From positions 21,629 to 85,628 of the forward strand of contig CAWEYS010000008.1 in assembly GCA_963813355.1 (NCBI GenBank): a stretch of 64,000 nt of DNA, written 5' to 3'. The notes beneath the pieces are model-generated. The model was not told where the DNA came from. It worked only from the letters and a program-made list of their open reading frames with translations, and did not search any database. Below are positions 50,669 to 61,050 of this stretch, piece after piece. Both the position numbers and the translations under genes were made by a program. Positions within the stretch are counted from its first letter, which is position 1. Each line of letters opens with the position of its first letter. The DNA comes from Miltoncostaeaceae bacterium. GTDB lineage: Bacteria > Actinomycetota > Thermoleophilia > Miltoncostaeales > Miltoncostaeaceae.

Positions 50669-51537
50669 CGGCGGGCCGGCAGCAGCGCGCGCGCGGTCGA
50701 CTGGGCCCAGGCCCGCGCCGTCAGGTAGTCGTCCGGGCCGGCGACCTCCAGTCGCGTCCAGCCGTCGACCGCCTCGGCGAAGCCGGGGCCGGCCTCGGCG
50801 CTCGCCAGGCCGAGCCGCAGGCCGCCGCCGGCGAGCGCGATCTCGGCGACGGCGTCCCCAGTGCGCGGGAAGGCGACGCGGGCGGCGCCCTCCTCGTTCT
50901 GGATCAGCGGCGCCGGGGCCAGCTCGTTGAGGTCGAAGAACATCCCGGCCAGGCTCGGCCGCAGCCCCGGCACGACCATCGGCATCAGCCCCTCGAGCCG
51001 GTAGAGCTCGGCGACCCGCGGGGTGAGGAAGTACTCCGCCTCGCGCAGCAGCATCAGGTCGGTGCCCTGAGCGCGGCCGCGCTCGGGCCGCTCCTGCACC
51101 CAGTCGCGCACGCGCAGCCAGCTCCGGTGGCGGATGTTCCGCAGCCCGCCGGCGACGGCCTCCATGACCGCCGGGGGCGGCTTGCGGTCGGGGGTGAGCG
51201 CGATGACGATGCAGCGGTCGGCGGAGGCCGTCAGGGCGTCGTAGGTCGCGACGAGCCGCTCGGCCTCGGCGGCGTCGAAGGCGAGCGTCGCCTGGATCGC
51301 GAACGTCCAGCCCGCGCCCCGCGCCACGACGTCGGCGACGAGCCCGTCCGGCGAGTCGGCGAGGACCCGCTGCTCGCGCACGAGCAGGGCGTCGGCGTCC
51401 GGCAGCGCCTCGCCCGAGATCTCCTCGACGAGCGCCGTGCGCGTCTCCGGCCCTCCGAGCGCCAGGAGGGTGGCGACGACGTGGACCCACTGCTCGCGCG
51501 GATCGGACGCCGCCTCGAACAGGCGGGGGACGGGCAT
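50665..51537 (-). CDS. hypothetical protein (290 aa), translationally coupled to the Ser/Thr kinase
   Basis: ATG 51537 follows GAGGAG. GC3 is strong throughout. There is no signal peptide and I recognised no motif. Confidence 0.6.
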   Translation of the reverse strand: MPVPRLFEAASDPREQWVHVVATLLALGGPETRTALVEEISGEALPDADALLVREQRVLADSPDGLVADVVARGAGWTFAIQATLAFDAAEAERLVATYDALTASADRCIVIALTPDRKPPPAVMEAVAGGLRNIRHRSWLRVRDWVQERPERGRAQGTDLMLLREAEYFLTPRVAELYRLEGLMPMVVPGLRPSLAGMFFDLNELAPAPLIQNEEGAARVAFPRTGDAVAEIALAGGGLRLGLASAEAGPGFAEAVDGWTRLEVAGPDDYLTARAWAQSTARALLPARR

Positions 51538-51634
51538 CTACTGGCGCTCCTCGGCCGGGGTCGAAGCGCCGGACAGCGTAGCGGACCCCTCCGCCGGCCC
51601 CCACACGGGGCGGGGCGCCGGCCCTCCCGGGGCG

Positions 51635-53818
51635 CTAGGCCTCCTGCGGGTCGACGTCGACCGCGACGCGCACCCCGGCGCGCCGCAGGTCGGCGGCGGC
51701 CGCGTCGAGGGCGGCCCGCAGGGGGGCCGCCGCCTCGGTGGCCCGCGCGGCCCGGAGGAGCAGGGCCCGCCGGGTGCGGCCGCGCAGGCGGTGCAGGGGG
51801 GCCGGGCCCAGCAGCCCGACGTCGGGCGCCGCGGCCCGCAGGTCGGCGGCCAGGCCCTCGGCCGCCGCGGCCACCGCGTCCGGGCGCTCGCCCTCCAGCA
51901 CGGCGCGCACCAGGTGCGCGAAGGGCGGCAGCCCGTGGGCGCGGCGGCGCTCGAGCTCCCCGTCGAGGAACTCGGCGACGGCCTGGCGCGCGCCCAGCTG
52001 CACCGCGCGGGCCTCGGGCTCGTAGGCCTGCACGATGACGCGCGCCGCCTCGCCCCGGCGGCCGGCCCGCCCGGCGAGCTGCACGATCAGGCCGAAGGCC
52101 CGCTCCTCGGAGCGGAAGCCCGCGTGCTGCAGCGGCGCGTCGGCGTCGACCGCGGCCGCGACCGTGACGTGCGGGAGGTCGTGTCCCTTCGCGACCATCT
52201 GGGTCCCCAGGAGGATCGCGGGCCCGGGTCGCGCGAACTCGGCGAGCAGCCGCCGCACGGCCCCGCGGCCGGACGCGCTCGAGCCGTCCATGCGCACCAG
52301 GCGCGCCGCGGGGACGAGCCGGGCCAGCGCCGCCTCGAGCCCCTGGGATCCCGAGCCCTGCCGCGCGAGGCCGGCCGCGCCGCACGACGGGCACACCCCG
52401 GGCACCGGCGCGGCGTGGCCGCAGTGGTGGCAGACGAGGCGGCGCGGCGCCTCGTGGTGGACGAGGGCGACGTCGCACCGGGGGCAGCGGGCGATCCAGC
52501 CGCAGTCGCGGCAGAGGGCCATCAGGGCGAACCCGCGCCGGCTGGCCAGCAGCACGGCCTTCTCGCCGCGGCCGGCGGCCGCGTGAAGCGCGGCGGCGAG
52601 CGGCCGCGACACCGGGCCGGCCCCCTGCATGCGCATGTCCACCACCTCGATCCGCGGCGGGGACGAGCCGTCCGGGCGGGCCCGCAGCGTGCGCCGCGGA
52701 AGCGCCCTCCAGGTCTCGGGGCGGGGGGTCGCGGTGCCGTAGACGACGGCCGCCCCGGCGGCGCGGGCCCGCCGGGCGGCGACCTGGCGCGCGTCGTAGC
52801 GCGGCGTGGCGTCCTGCTTGTACGAGGCGTCGTGCTCCTCGTCGACCACCACGAGCCCGAGCCGGGCGACGGGCGCGAAGACCGCGCTGCGGGCCCCGAG
52901 CACGACGTCGGCCTCTCCCTCGCGCACCCGCCGGTGCTCCTCGGCGCGCTCGGCCCGCGACATGGCCGAGTGCCACACGCTCACCCCCTCGCCCAGGCGC
53001 GCCCTCAGGCGGGTCAGGAGCTGGGGCGTGAGGGCGATCTCGGGCACGAGCACGATCGCGCCGCGGCCAGCCGCCCGCGCCTCGGCGATCGCGCGCAGGT
53101 ACACCTCCGTCTTGCCCGAGCCGGTGACGCCGTGCAGCAGGAGCCGCCCGCCCTCGCGCAGGGCGCCGACGACCGCCTCGAGGGCCTCCGCCTGGTCGGC
53201 GGTGAGCGCCGGGGGCGCGTCGCGCGCGGGCGCGTCGCCGCCCACCGACTCCAGGGCGCGCGCGGCCGGCGCGCGGGCCTCGAGGGCGACCACGCCGTCG
53301 GCGGCCATCCGGCGCAGCGTCGGCATGGTCGTCCCGGCCGCCCGGCACAGCTCGGCCGCGGGCATCGTGCCCCCGGCCTCGGCCAGGGCGTCGGCCACGG
53401 CCCGCCGCCGGGCGCTCCCGGCCGCCGCGGGCGCCGCGAGCAGCACGGCCATGAGGCGCGGCGCCGCTCCCGCGGGCGGCGTCGCCAGGGCCCACTCGCC
53501 GTCGGGGCCGCGCCGCAGGGCGCCGTCGGCGCCGGGCGGCAGCACCAGCTTCAGGCAGGACGCCGCGGGCGCCAGGTAGTAGCGGGCGGCCCAGAGCGCG
53601 AGCTCCAGGAGCTCGGGCGGCACCGGCGGCGCGTCCACGACTCCCGCGAGCGGCGCCAGGCGGCCCCCGTGGGTCGCCGGGCCCCGGGCGACGACCACCC
53701 CCAGCACGCGTCGGCGGCCCAGCGGGCACGCCACCAGCGACCCGGGGACGGCGGCGCCGTCGAGGTCCGGCGGGACGGCGTAGTCGAGGATCCGGTCGAG
53801 TCCCCGGGCCTCGACCAG
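51635..53818 (-). CDS. priA: primosomal protein N' (PriA helicase)
   Basis: LLLHGVTGSGKTEVY, VVDEEHDASYKQ, Cys4 zinc motifs CRDCGWIARCPRCDVALVHH...CHHCG...CPSCG. The first canonical start is GTG 53734. The conserved N-terminus (GLDRILDYAVPPDL...) lies upstream, so CTG 53818 is proposed as the start. Confidence 0.85.
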   Translation of the reverse strand: MVEARGLDRILDYAVPPDLDGAAVPGSLVACPLGRRRVLGVVVARGPATHGGRLAPLAGVVDAPPVPPELLELALWAARYYLAPAASCLKLVLPPGADGALRRGPDGEWALATPPAGAAPRLMAVLLAAPAAAGSARRRAVADALAEAGGTMPAAELCRAAGTTMPTLRRMAADGVVALEARAPAARALESVGGDAPARDAPPALTADQAEALEAVVGALREGGRLLLHGVTGSGKTEVYLRAIAEARAAGRGAIVLVPEIALTPQLLTRLRARLGEGVSVWHSAMSRAERAEEHRRVREGEADVVLGARSAVFAPVARLGLVVVDEEHDASYKQDATPRYDARQVAARRARAAGAAVVYGTATPRPETWRALPRRTLRARPDGSSPPRIEVVDMRMQGAGPVSRPLAAALHAAAGRGEKAVLLASRRGFALMALCRDCGWIARCPRCDVALVHHEAPRRLVCHHCGHAAPVPGVCPSCGAAGLARQGSGSQGLEAALARLVPAARLVRMDGSSASGRGAVRRLLAEFARPGPAILLGTQMVAKGHDLPHVTVAAAVDADAPLQHAGFRSEERAFGLIVQLAGRAGRRGEAARVIVQAYEPEARAVQLGARQAVAEFLDGELERRRAHGLPPFAHLVRAVLEGERPDAVAAAAEGLAADLRAAAPDVGLLGPAPLHRLRGRTRRALLLRAARATEAAAPLRAALDAAAADLRRAGVRVAVDVDPQEA

Positions 53819-53906
53819 CGGGTGGACCTGGGCCGCGGCGGCCCGCTCCGCGGCCGCCGGGGGCGGCGCCGCGGCGTCGAGGCCGCTTGCGCCCGTCGCC
53901 GTCCCC

Positions 53907-55103
<1,197 letters not shown>

Positions 55104-55194
55104 GCGGCTACGGCTCCCTATCGACTGGAGAAATCGACGGCGAGCATAGCGAGAAGCCCGGACCGGCCGGCGCCGGAGCCGGCCGCCGAAACCG

Positions 55195-56847
55195 CTAGCC
55201 GCGAATCCTGGCGAAGACCTCGAACGTCGGGGTCTCGCCGGCGGTGCTCCAGGCGGCGATGCTCTTCAGGGGGCGCAGGTTGGCGAGCGTCTTGGGCGGC
55301 GCGTCGTCGAAGGCGCCCGCGTTGCGCAGGGCGGCGATGCCGTCCTCGAGGTTGATCCACAGGACCGAGGTGACCTGCTCGGGCATCCCGGCGGTGCCCT
55401 GCTGGAAGGCCTCCGACCCGGACAGCGGGGCGACGGGGCGCTGGACCGAGGCGACGGCCTTCACGCTGGTCCCGACGATGGCGAGGTCGCCGTCCACGCC
55501 GTAGACGACGCCGGCCTCGGGCGAGAGCGGGAGCCGCCACCCCTGGACGCCGCCGGCGAGCGGCACCTGGGTCCACTTCGGGATCGTGGTGTCGGGGCTG
55601 AGCGTCTTCACGAGCGCCGGGATCCCGGTGCGCAGCTTGTCGAGCGTCGCCTGCGCCTGCGCGCCGTCCTCCACCTGGAGGGCGAGCGCGGCGCCCGGCG
55701 TCGCGCCCGGCGTGACGACCAGGGCCTGCTCCCCCTCGGCGAGCGCGGAGAGGTCGTCGAGCGAGACGCCGAGCAGCTGCGGGAGCTGCCCGGAGAGGCC
55801 CTCGAGCTGGCGGCGCTCCTCGTCGCCGAGGCTCCCCTGAATCTGCTGGAAGGCCTCGGTGAGGGTGCCGGCCAGGTCCGAGAAGCCGACGTAGGCGAGG
55901 GCGTCGGCCGGGACCGTGTCGGTGAGCTGCGGCGTGAACTCGGCGGGCGTGATCGACGTCGGCGCGCCGAGCACGACGCCCTTCAGGCGCGCGCCCTCCG
56001 GCTCCGCGGCGATGGACGCGGCCATGACGGCGTCGCGGTAGTCGGCGAGGCCGAGCTGCTCGGCCTGCGGGCCGGCCGCCGAGGCGGCGCTCTGGACGAA
56101 CGCGCCGAGGTCGAGGTAGGCCTGGCCGAAGACGTCGGGCGGCAGCTTCGCGAGCGCGTCGGTGAACCTGTCGGTGCCCGCCAGGGTCTGGTCGCCGCCG
56201 GCGGCGTGGGCGTCGAGGGCGGCGAACACCTGCTTCTGCGTGTCCGAGAAGATGACCGCCCCGTCGTCGACCGCGATGACCCCGTCCTCGCCGTCCTGGG
56301 TGTAGTACTCGGCGCCCTGGTGCTCGCCCTTGGCCACCGCGCCCTCCCGCACCAGGAGGTCCTTCACCTGCTGGGCCTTGCCGTCGGCCAGCTCGACGAC
56401 GGCCACGAACTGCATGTCGCCGGCGGCGTCGGCCGCCGCACCCGTCTCGGCGGCCGGGGCGGTGAGCGCGCCCTCCAGCTCGGACGTGTCGGGGAGCTCG
56501 AGGCCCGCGATGGCGGCCCGCTCGCCGAGGAGCGGCTTCACGTCGGCGTCGAAGTCGACGTCGCCGGCGCGCAGCTCCCGCTGAAGCGTCCGCTCGAGGT
56601 CCGGGTAGCCGGGGAACTGCTCGGCCAGCGCCTGGACCTGCTGCCACTGGGCCCCGTCGAAGTCCGTGGTCACCTCGAGGTAGAGCGGGCTCGACGAGGG
56701 CACGTACGACGCGACGTCACCCGCGCTGGAGCCGCTCTCCGAGTCCCCCCCACACCCTGCGACGGCGATGGCCGACCCCGCGAGCGCCGCGGTCAGGATC
56801 ACGACGGACCTGCGACGGCGCAGCGCATCGGTCAGCTTCACGGCCAT
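55195..56847 (-). CDS. large secreted lipoprotein, DUF3352-like (tentative)
   Basis: ATG 56847 follows GGAGG. The lipobox is [17 protein letters not shown]. The protein is 550 aa and acidic. The family assignment is from memory only. Confidence 0.6.
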   Translation of the reverse strand: MAVKLTDALRRRRSVVILTAALAGSAIAVAGCGGDSESGSSAGDVASYVPSSSPLYLEVTTDFDGAQWQQVQALAEQFPGYPDLERTLQRELRAGDVDFDADVKPLLGERAAIAGLELPDTSELEGALTAPAAETGAAADAAGDMQFVAVVELADGKAQQVKDLLVREGAVAKGEHQGAEYYTQDGEDGVIAVDDGAVIFSDTQKQVFAALDAHAAGGDQTLAGTDRFTDALAKLPPDVFGQAYLDLGAFVQSAASAAGPQAEQLGLADYRDAVMAASIAAEPEGARLKGVVLGAPTSITPAEFTPQLTDTVPADALAYVGFSDLAGTLTEAFQQIQGSLGDEERRQLEGLSGQLPQLLGVSLDDLSALAEGEQALVVTPGATPGAALALQVEDGAQAQATLDKLRTGIPALVKTLSPDTTIPKWTQVPLAGGVQGWRLPLSPEAGVVYGVDGDLAIVGTSVKAVASVQRPVAPLSGSEAFQQGTAGMPEQVTSVLWINLEDGIAALRNAGAFDDAPPKTLANLRPLKSIAAWSTAGETPTFEVFARIRG

Positions 56848-56941
56848 GGACGGGGGGCCTCCGGGAGGGGTGTGGAAAAGAACCGTTCGACCGTAGCATC
56901 GGCCTCGTTCGCGGCCGTTGGACCCGAGTAAAGGCCTGGTC

Positions 56942-56970
56942 AAGAAGGGCCTCCCCGCCCGGGCAGGCCC
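56942..56970 (-). terminator. candidate intrinsic terminator downstream of der
   Basis: Directly after the der TAG the minus strand reads GGGCCTgCCCgggcGGGgAGGCCC, followed by TTCTT. Confidence 0.45.
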
Positions 56971-58335
56971 CTATGGGCGGGTGCGCACCTCGAGGACGAG
57001 CGGCACGCCGTCGAGGTCGAACCGCCGCCGCAGCCGGTTCTCCAGCCAGAAGCCGTAGTCGCGCGTCATCAGCGAGCGGTCGTTCACGTCGAGGCGGAAG
57101 GTGGGCGGGGCCTCGGCGGTCTGGACCAGGTAGCGGAGCGAGAGGCGCCGCTGGCCCTTGCGCGGCCCCGGGCGCTCGGCGGCGAGCTCGCGGAGGGCGG
57201 TGTTGAGCTCCCGCGTGGGGATGCGGGCCCGGGAGCGCTCCTCGAGCCGCAGCGCCGCGGGCAGCAGGCGATGGAGCCCCTCGCCGGTGGCCGCCGATGC
57301 CACCTCGACGGGGGGCCGCTGGCGCGACTTCGCCCGCAGCTTGCCGCGGATGTGGTCGAGGTCCGGCTGCGCGAGGTCCCACTTGTTCATCACGAGCAGC
57401 GTCGCGCAGTGGGCGCGCGCGGCCCGGTCGACCGCGGCCAGGTCGGCGTCGGTCAGGCCCTCGGTCGCGTCGGCGACCACGATCGCGACGTCGCTCCGCT
57501 CGGCGGCCTGAAGGGCGCGGATCTGGCTGTAGCGCTCCACGTCCTCGCGCATCCGGCCGCGCTTGCGCAGGCCGGCGGTGTCGATCAGGACGACCTCGCG
57601 CCCGTCGACCTCGATCGCGGTGTCGACCGGGTCGCGCGTGGTGCCCGGCCGGTCGTGCACGAGGACGCGCTCCTCGCCCAGCAGGGCGTTCAGGATGGAG
57701 CTCTTGCCGACGTTCGGCCGGCCGATGATGCAGATCGCCGGCGGCCGCTCGGCGGCGTCGACGGCCCGGGGCGCGTCCGGCAGGCGCTCCACGATCGCGT
57801 CGAGCAGGTCCCCCACACCCCGCCCGTGCTGCGCCGACACCGGGTGCGGGTCGCCCAGGCCGAGGCTGCGGAGGTTCTCGGCGGCCGCCTCCTGGGGCGC
57901 GCCGTCGGACTTGTTGGCCACCAGCATCAGGGGGCGGCCGGAGCGCCTCAGGCGGTCGGCGATCTCCAGGTCGCCCGCGGTGGGCGCCGTGGCGACGTCG
58001 ACGACGAAGAGGACGAGGTCGGCCTCCTCGACGCCGCGCAGCGCCTGGGCGGCCACCTGGCGGCCCACGTCGCTCGGGTCGGCCTCGTCGATTCCGCCGG
58101 TGTCGAGGAGCTGGAAGGCGCGCCCGTTCCACTCGGCGCCGGCCTGGCGGCGGTCGCGCGTGACGCCGGGCTCCGCGTCGACCACCGCGTCGCGGCGCCC
58201 CGCGAGGCGGTTGAAGAGGGTCGACTTGCCGACGTTCGGGAAGCCCACGATCGCCACCACGGGATGGTCGGTCTGGAGCGTGCTGCCGGTCGCCCGGCGC
58301 CGGGGGGCCCGCGCGCGCGCCGGGCCCTTAGCCAT
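56971..58335 (-). CDS. der: ribosome-associated GTPase Der (EngA)
   Basis: Two G domains (GFPNVGKSTLFN/DTGG and GRPNVGKSSILN/DTAG) plus a KH-like C-terminus. Confidence 0.95.
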   Translation of the reverse strand: MAKGPARARAPRRRATGSTLQTDHPVVAIVGFPNVGKSTLFNRLAGRRDAVVDAEPGVTRDRRQAGAEWNGRAFQLLDTGGIDEADPSDVGRQVAAQALRGVEEADLVLFVVDVATAPTAGDLEIADRLRRSGRPLMLVANKSDGAPQEAAAENLRSLGLGDPHPVSAQHGRGVGDLLDAIVERLPDAPRAVDAAERPPAICIIGRPNVGKSSILNALLGEERVLVHDRPGTTRDPVDTAIEVDGREVVLIDTAGLRKRGRMREDVERYSQIRALQAAERSDVAIVVADATEGLTDADLAAVDRAARAHCATLLVMNKWDLAQPDLDHIRGKLRAKSRQRPPVEVASAATGEGLHRLLPAALRLEERSRARIPTRELNTALRELAAERPGPRKGQRRLSLRYLVQTAEAPPTFRLDVNDRSLMTRDYGFWLENRLRRRFDLDGVPLVLEVRTRP

Positions 58336-59017
58336 CCACCACCTCCGGCGGGGCCTCGGCTGGGTCGCGGCTGCCCGGCGCCCCCTGTGCCGGGCCCCCG
58401 GCCTGCGGCAGCAGCTCCGCGATCGCCGCCATCATCCGCTCGACCGCCGCCTGCGAGCGGCGGCTGCGCGGCCCGTCGGTCAGGTCGGAGAGGTCGAGCG
58501 GCGGGCCGAGGACCACCCGGATCGGGCCGAACCGCTTCTGGCTGCCCCAGACCGCGGCGGGCACGACGGTGACCTCGGGCTCCAGGCCGAGCGACCCCGC
58601 GCCGGGCAGCCCGGGGCGCAGGCGCCCCTCCGGGTTGCGCGTGCCCTCGGGGAACATGAGCAGCACGTCGCCCCGGCGCAGCAGGTCGCGCGCCAGGCGC
58701 AGCGCGCGCCGGTCGGCGCCGCCGCGCTCCACCGGGAAGGCGCCCAGGCGCCAGATGACGTAGTTGTAGGCGGGGATGCGGAAGAGCTCCAGCTTGGCCA
58801 TGTAGTAGCTCTTGCGCGGCCGGGCGGCGAGGCCCAGGGTCGGCGGGTCCCACTGCGAGACGTGATTGGAGACGACCAGGACCGGCCCGGTCGCCGGCAC
58901 GTGCTCCTTGCCCCGCACGCGCATCCGCTTCATCCAGAAGATGGGCGGCACCAGCACGGCGTGGCCGAAGGCCCACCAGCGCCGCGTGATCGGCGGGACG
59001 CTGTAGAAGTCGGCCAC
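58328..59017 (-). CDS. plsC: 1-acyl-sn-glycerol-3-phosphate acyltransferase
   Basis: NHVSQWD (HX4D) and FPEGTR motifs. GTG 59017 is the preferred start. Confidence 0.85.
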   Translation of the reverse strand: MADFYSVPPITRRWWAFGHAVLVPPIFWMKRMRVRGKEHVPATGPVLVVSNHVSQWDPPTLGLAARPRKSYYMAKLELFRIPAYNYVIWRLGAFPVERGGADRRALRLARDLLRRGDVLLMFPEGTRNPEGRLRPGLPGAGSLGLEPEVTVVPAAVWGSQKRFGPIRVVLGPPLDLSDLTDGPRSRRSQAAVERMMAAIAELLPQAGGPAQGAPGSRDPAEAPPEVVDG

Positions 59018-59019
59018 GG

Positions 59020-59688
59020 TCAGCCGCCGCCGGCGAGGGCGGCGACCAGGCTCATCACGCGGTCGGCCACGTCGCGCGCGTCCAGGTCGGAGGAGTCGAT
59101 CACGACCGCCCCGTCGGCCACGCGCAGCGGGCTCGCCTCCCGGGTGGTGTCCAGCTCGTCGCGGCGGCGGACGTCGGCCAGCACCTGGGCCTCGTCCAGC
59201 TCCATGCCGCGGGCGGCCAGCTCCCCGCACCGGCGGCGCGCGCGCTCCTCCGGGCTCGCGGTGAGGAAGACCTTGACCTCGGCGTCGGGCCAGACGGTGC
59301 TGCCCACGTCCCGGCCGTCGGAGACCCAGTCCCCGCGCGACATCAGCGCCCGCTGGGCGGCCACCATCTGCTCGCGCACCCCCGGGTGGGCCGAGACCTC
59401 GGACACCAGCGCCGCGACCTCGGGGGTCCTGATCTCGGCGGTCACGTCCTCCCCGTCGACGAACACGCGGTCGCCGTCGCCCGTGGGCACGATCTCGACG
59501 GGGTGCTGCCGGGCGAGCGCGACGAGGGCCTCGCCGTCCGACGCCGCCACGCCGCGCCGCACGGCGAGCAGGGTGAGGGCGCGGTACATCGCGCCCGTGT
59601 CGAGGTAGGCGGCGCCCAGGCGCCGGGCGACCTCCCTCGCCACGGTGCTCTTGCCCGCGCCGGCCGGCCCGTCGATGGCCACGATCAC
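59020..59688 (-). CDS. cmk: cytidylate kinase
   Basis: IVAIDGPAGAGKSTVAREVARRLGAAYLDTGAMYR. The GTG overlaps the aroA stop (GTGA). Confidence 0.9.
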   Translation of the reverse strand: MIVAIDGPAGAGKSTVAREVARRLGAAYLDTGAMYRALTLLAVRRGVAASDGEALVALARQHPVEIVPTGDGDRVFVDGEDVTAEIRTPEVAALVSEVSAHPGVREQMVAAQRALMSRGDWVSDGRDVGSTVWPDAEVKVFLTASPEERARRRCGELAARGMELDEAQVLADVRRRDELDTTREASPLRVADGAVVIDSSDLDARDVADRVMSLVAALAGGG

Positions 59689-60989
59689 GCCGGGACGGCT
59701 CCCAGGCCGGCCAGGTCGCGCGCGAATGCCGGGTACGAGACCGCGACCGCCTCGAAGCCCTCCACCCCGACGCCGTCGAGGCTGGCCAGGCCCGCGACCG
59801 CGCCGACCATCGCGAGCCGGTGATCGCCGGCGGAGCCCATGGTGCCGCCGGGCAGTCGCCCGTCGCCGCGGACCTCGAAGCCGTCCTCGCGCTCGTCGGC
59901 GCGCACGCCGAGCGCGCGCAGCGCGCGCACGAGCGCGGCGATCCGGTCGCTCTCCTTGGCCCGCAGCTCGGCGGCGCCGCGGACGACCGTGGCGCCGACC
60001 GCCATCGCCCCGAGCACCCCCACCAGGGGCAGCTCGTCGATCATCGACGGCACCTCCTCGGGCGCCACCTCCGTCCCGCGTAGCGATCCGGCGCGCCCCA
60101 CGACGAGCGCCCCGCAGGGCTCCCCTGCCACGTCGGGCCCCCGCTCCTCGCGCACGTCGGCGCCCATCCGGCGCATGACCGCGAGCAGCCCGGTGCGCCG
60201 CGGGTTGAGGTTGACGCCCTCGAGCCGCACCTCCGGGTCGCCGAGCAGCGCCCCCGCGACCAGGTGGGGCGCCGCCGAGGAGAAGTCGCCGGGCACCTCC
60301 AGGTCCGGCAGCGCGAGGTCCTCGACCGGCCCGCGGACGCCGACGGCGCCCCCCTCCCGCAGCAGCGGCACGCCGGCGGCCTCGAGCATGCGCTCGGTGT
60401 GGTCGCGTGAGGGCGCCGGCTCGTGCACCCAGGTCTCGCCGTCGGCGTACAGCCCGGCCAGCAGGATGCAGCTCTTCACCTGGGCGCTGGCGACCTCCAG
60501 CCGGTGCTCGGCGCCGCGCAGCGGGTCCCCGCCGCTGACGACGAGCGGGGGCGTGCCGCCCGGGGCGGTGAACACGGCCGCGCCCATGGCGCGCAGCGGC
60601 CGCGCCACCCGCGTCATCGGCCGTCGCCGCAGCGAGTCGTCGCCGTCGAGGACGACGTGCTGGGCGTGCTGGCCGACGAGCAGGCCGGGCAGCAGGCGCA
60701 TGAGCGTCCCCGCGTTCGCGCAGTCGAGCGCGGGCGGCGGCCGCAGCCCGCGGAGGCCCCGCCCCTCGACCGTCACGGCCTCCCCGAGGTGGCCCTCGAC
60801 CCGCACCCCGCTCGCCTCGACGGCGTCGAGCGTCGCGCCCGTGTCGGCCGAGTCGAGCGGGCGCGCGATCCGCACGTCCCTCGCGGAGACGGCCGCGAGC
60901 AGGAGGGCGCGATGGGTCAGGGACTTGTCCGGCGGGACGCGGAGCGTCCCGTGGAGCGCCGGGACGGGTGCCACGCGGACGACCGGCAT
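59685..60989 (-). CDS. aroA: 3-phosphoshikimate 1-carboxyvinyltransferase (EPSP synthase)
   Basis: PPDKSLTHRALLLAA, NAGTLMRLL and DHRLAM blocks. Confidence 0.95.
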   Translation of the reverse strand: MPVVRVAPVPALHGTLRVPPDKSLTHRALLLAAVSARDVRIARPLDSADTGATLDAVEASGVRVEGHLGEAVTVEGRGLRGLRPPPALDCANAGTLMRLLPGLLVGQHAQHVVLDGDDSLRRRPMTRVARPLRAMGAAVFTAPGGTPPLVVSGGDPLRGAEHRLEVASAQVKSCILLAGLYADGETWVHEPAPSRDHTERMLEAAGVPLLREGGAVGVRGPVEDLALPDLEVPGDFSSAAPHLVAGALLGDPEVRLEGVNLNPRRTGLLAVMRRMGADVREERGPDVAGEPCGALVVGRAGSLRGTEVAPEEVPSMIDELPLVGVLGAMAVGATVVRGAAELRAKESDRIAALVRALRALGVRADEREDGFEVRGDGRLPGGTMGSAGDHRLAMVGAVAGLASLDGVGVEGFEAVAVSYPAFARDLAGLGAVPA

Positions 60990-61050
60990 CGGGAAAGCCT
61001 AGTCGAGTGCGGGCCGCGCGCCCGAGCCGTGCGCCATCCGACGCCCCGGG

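Noticed and set aside
50665-51537. The kinase-coupled unknown as a PD-(D/E)xK nuclease or phage-defence effector (SPDGLVADVV...FAIQATL...IALTPDRK looked vaguely nuclease-like).
   Set aside because: There is no clear D...(D/E)xK arrangement and there are no neighbouring defence-type genes. The claim would rest on wishful alignment, so I report it only as an unknown partner of the kinase.
55104-55194. SAM riboswitch upstream of metK.
   Set aside because: The 91-nt leader holds a GC hairpin (GGCCGGC...GCCGGCC), which is probably the upstream gene's terminator, and an ATCGAC direct repeat. I do not recognise any SAM-I, SAM-II or SAM-IV core.
56169-56176. TGTCGGTG (the PafBC/RecA-NDp-like -35 element) occurrences, also at 35067..35074 and on the minus strand near 25574.
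   Set aside because: All occurrences lie inside coding sequence, and none is followed by a TANNNT box at the 8-nt spacing.
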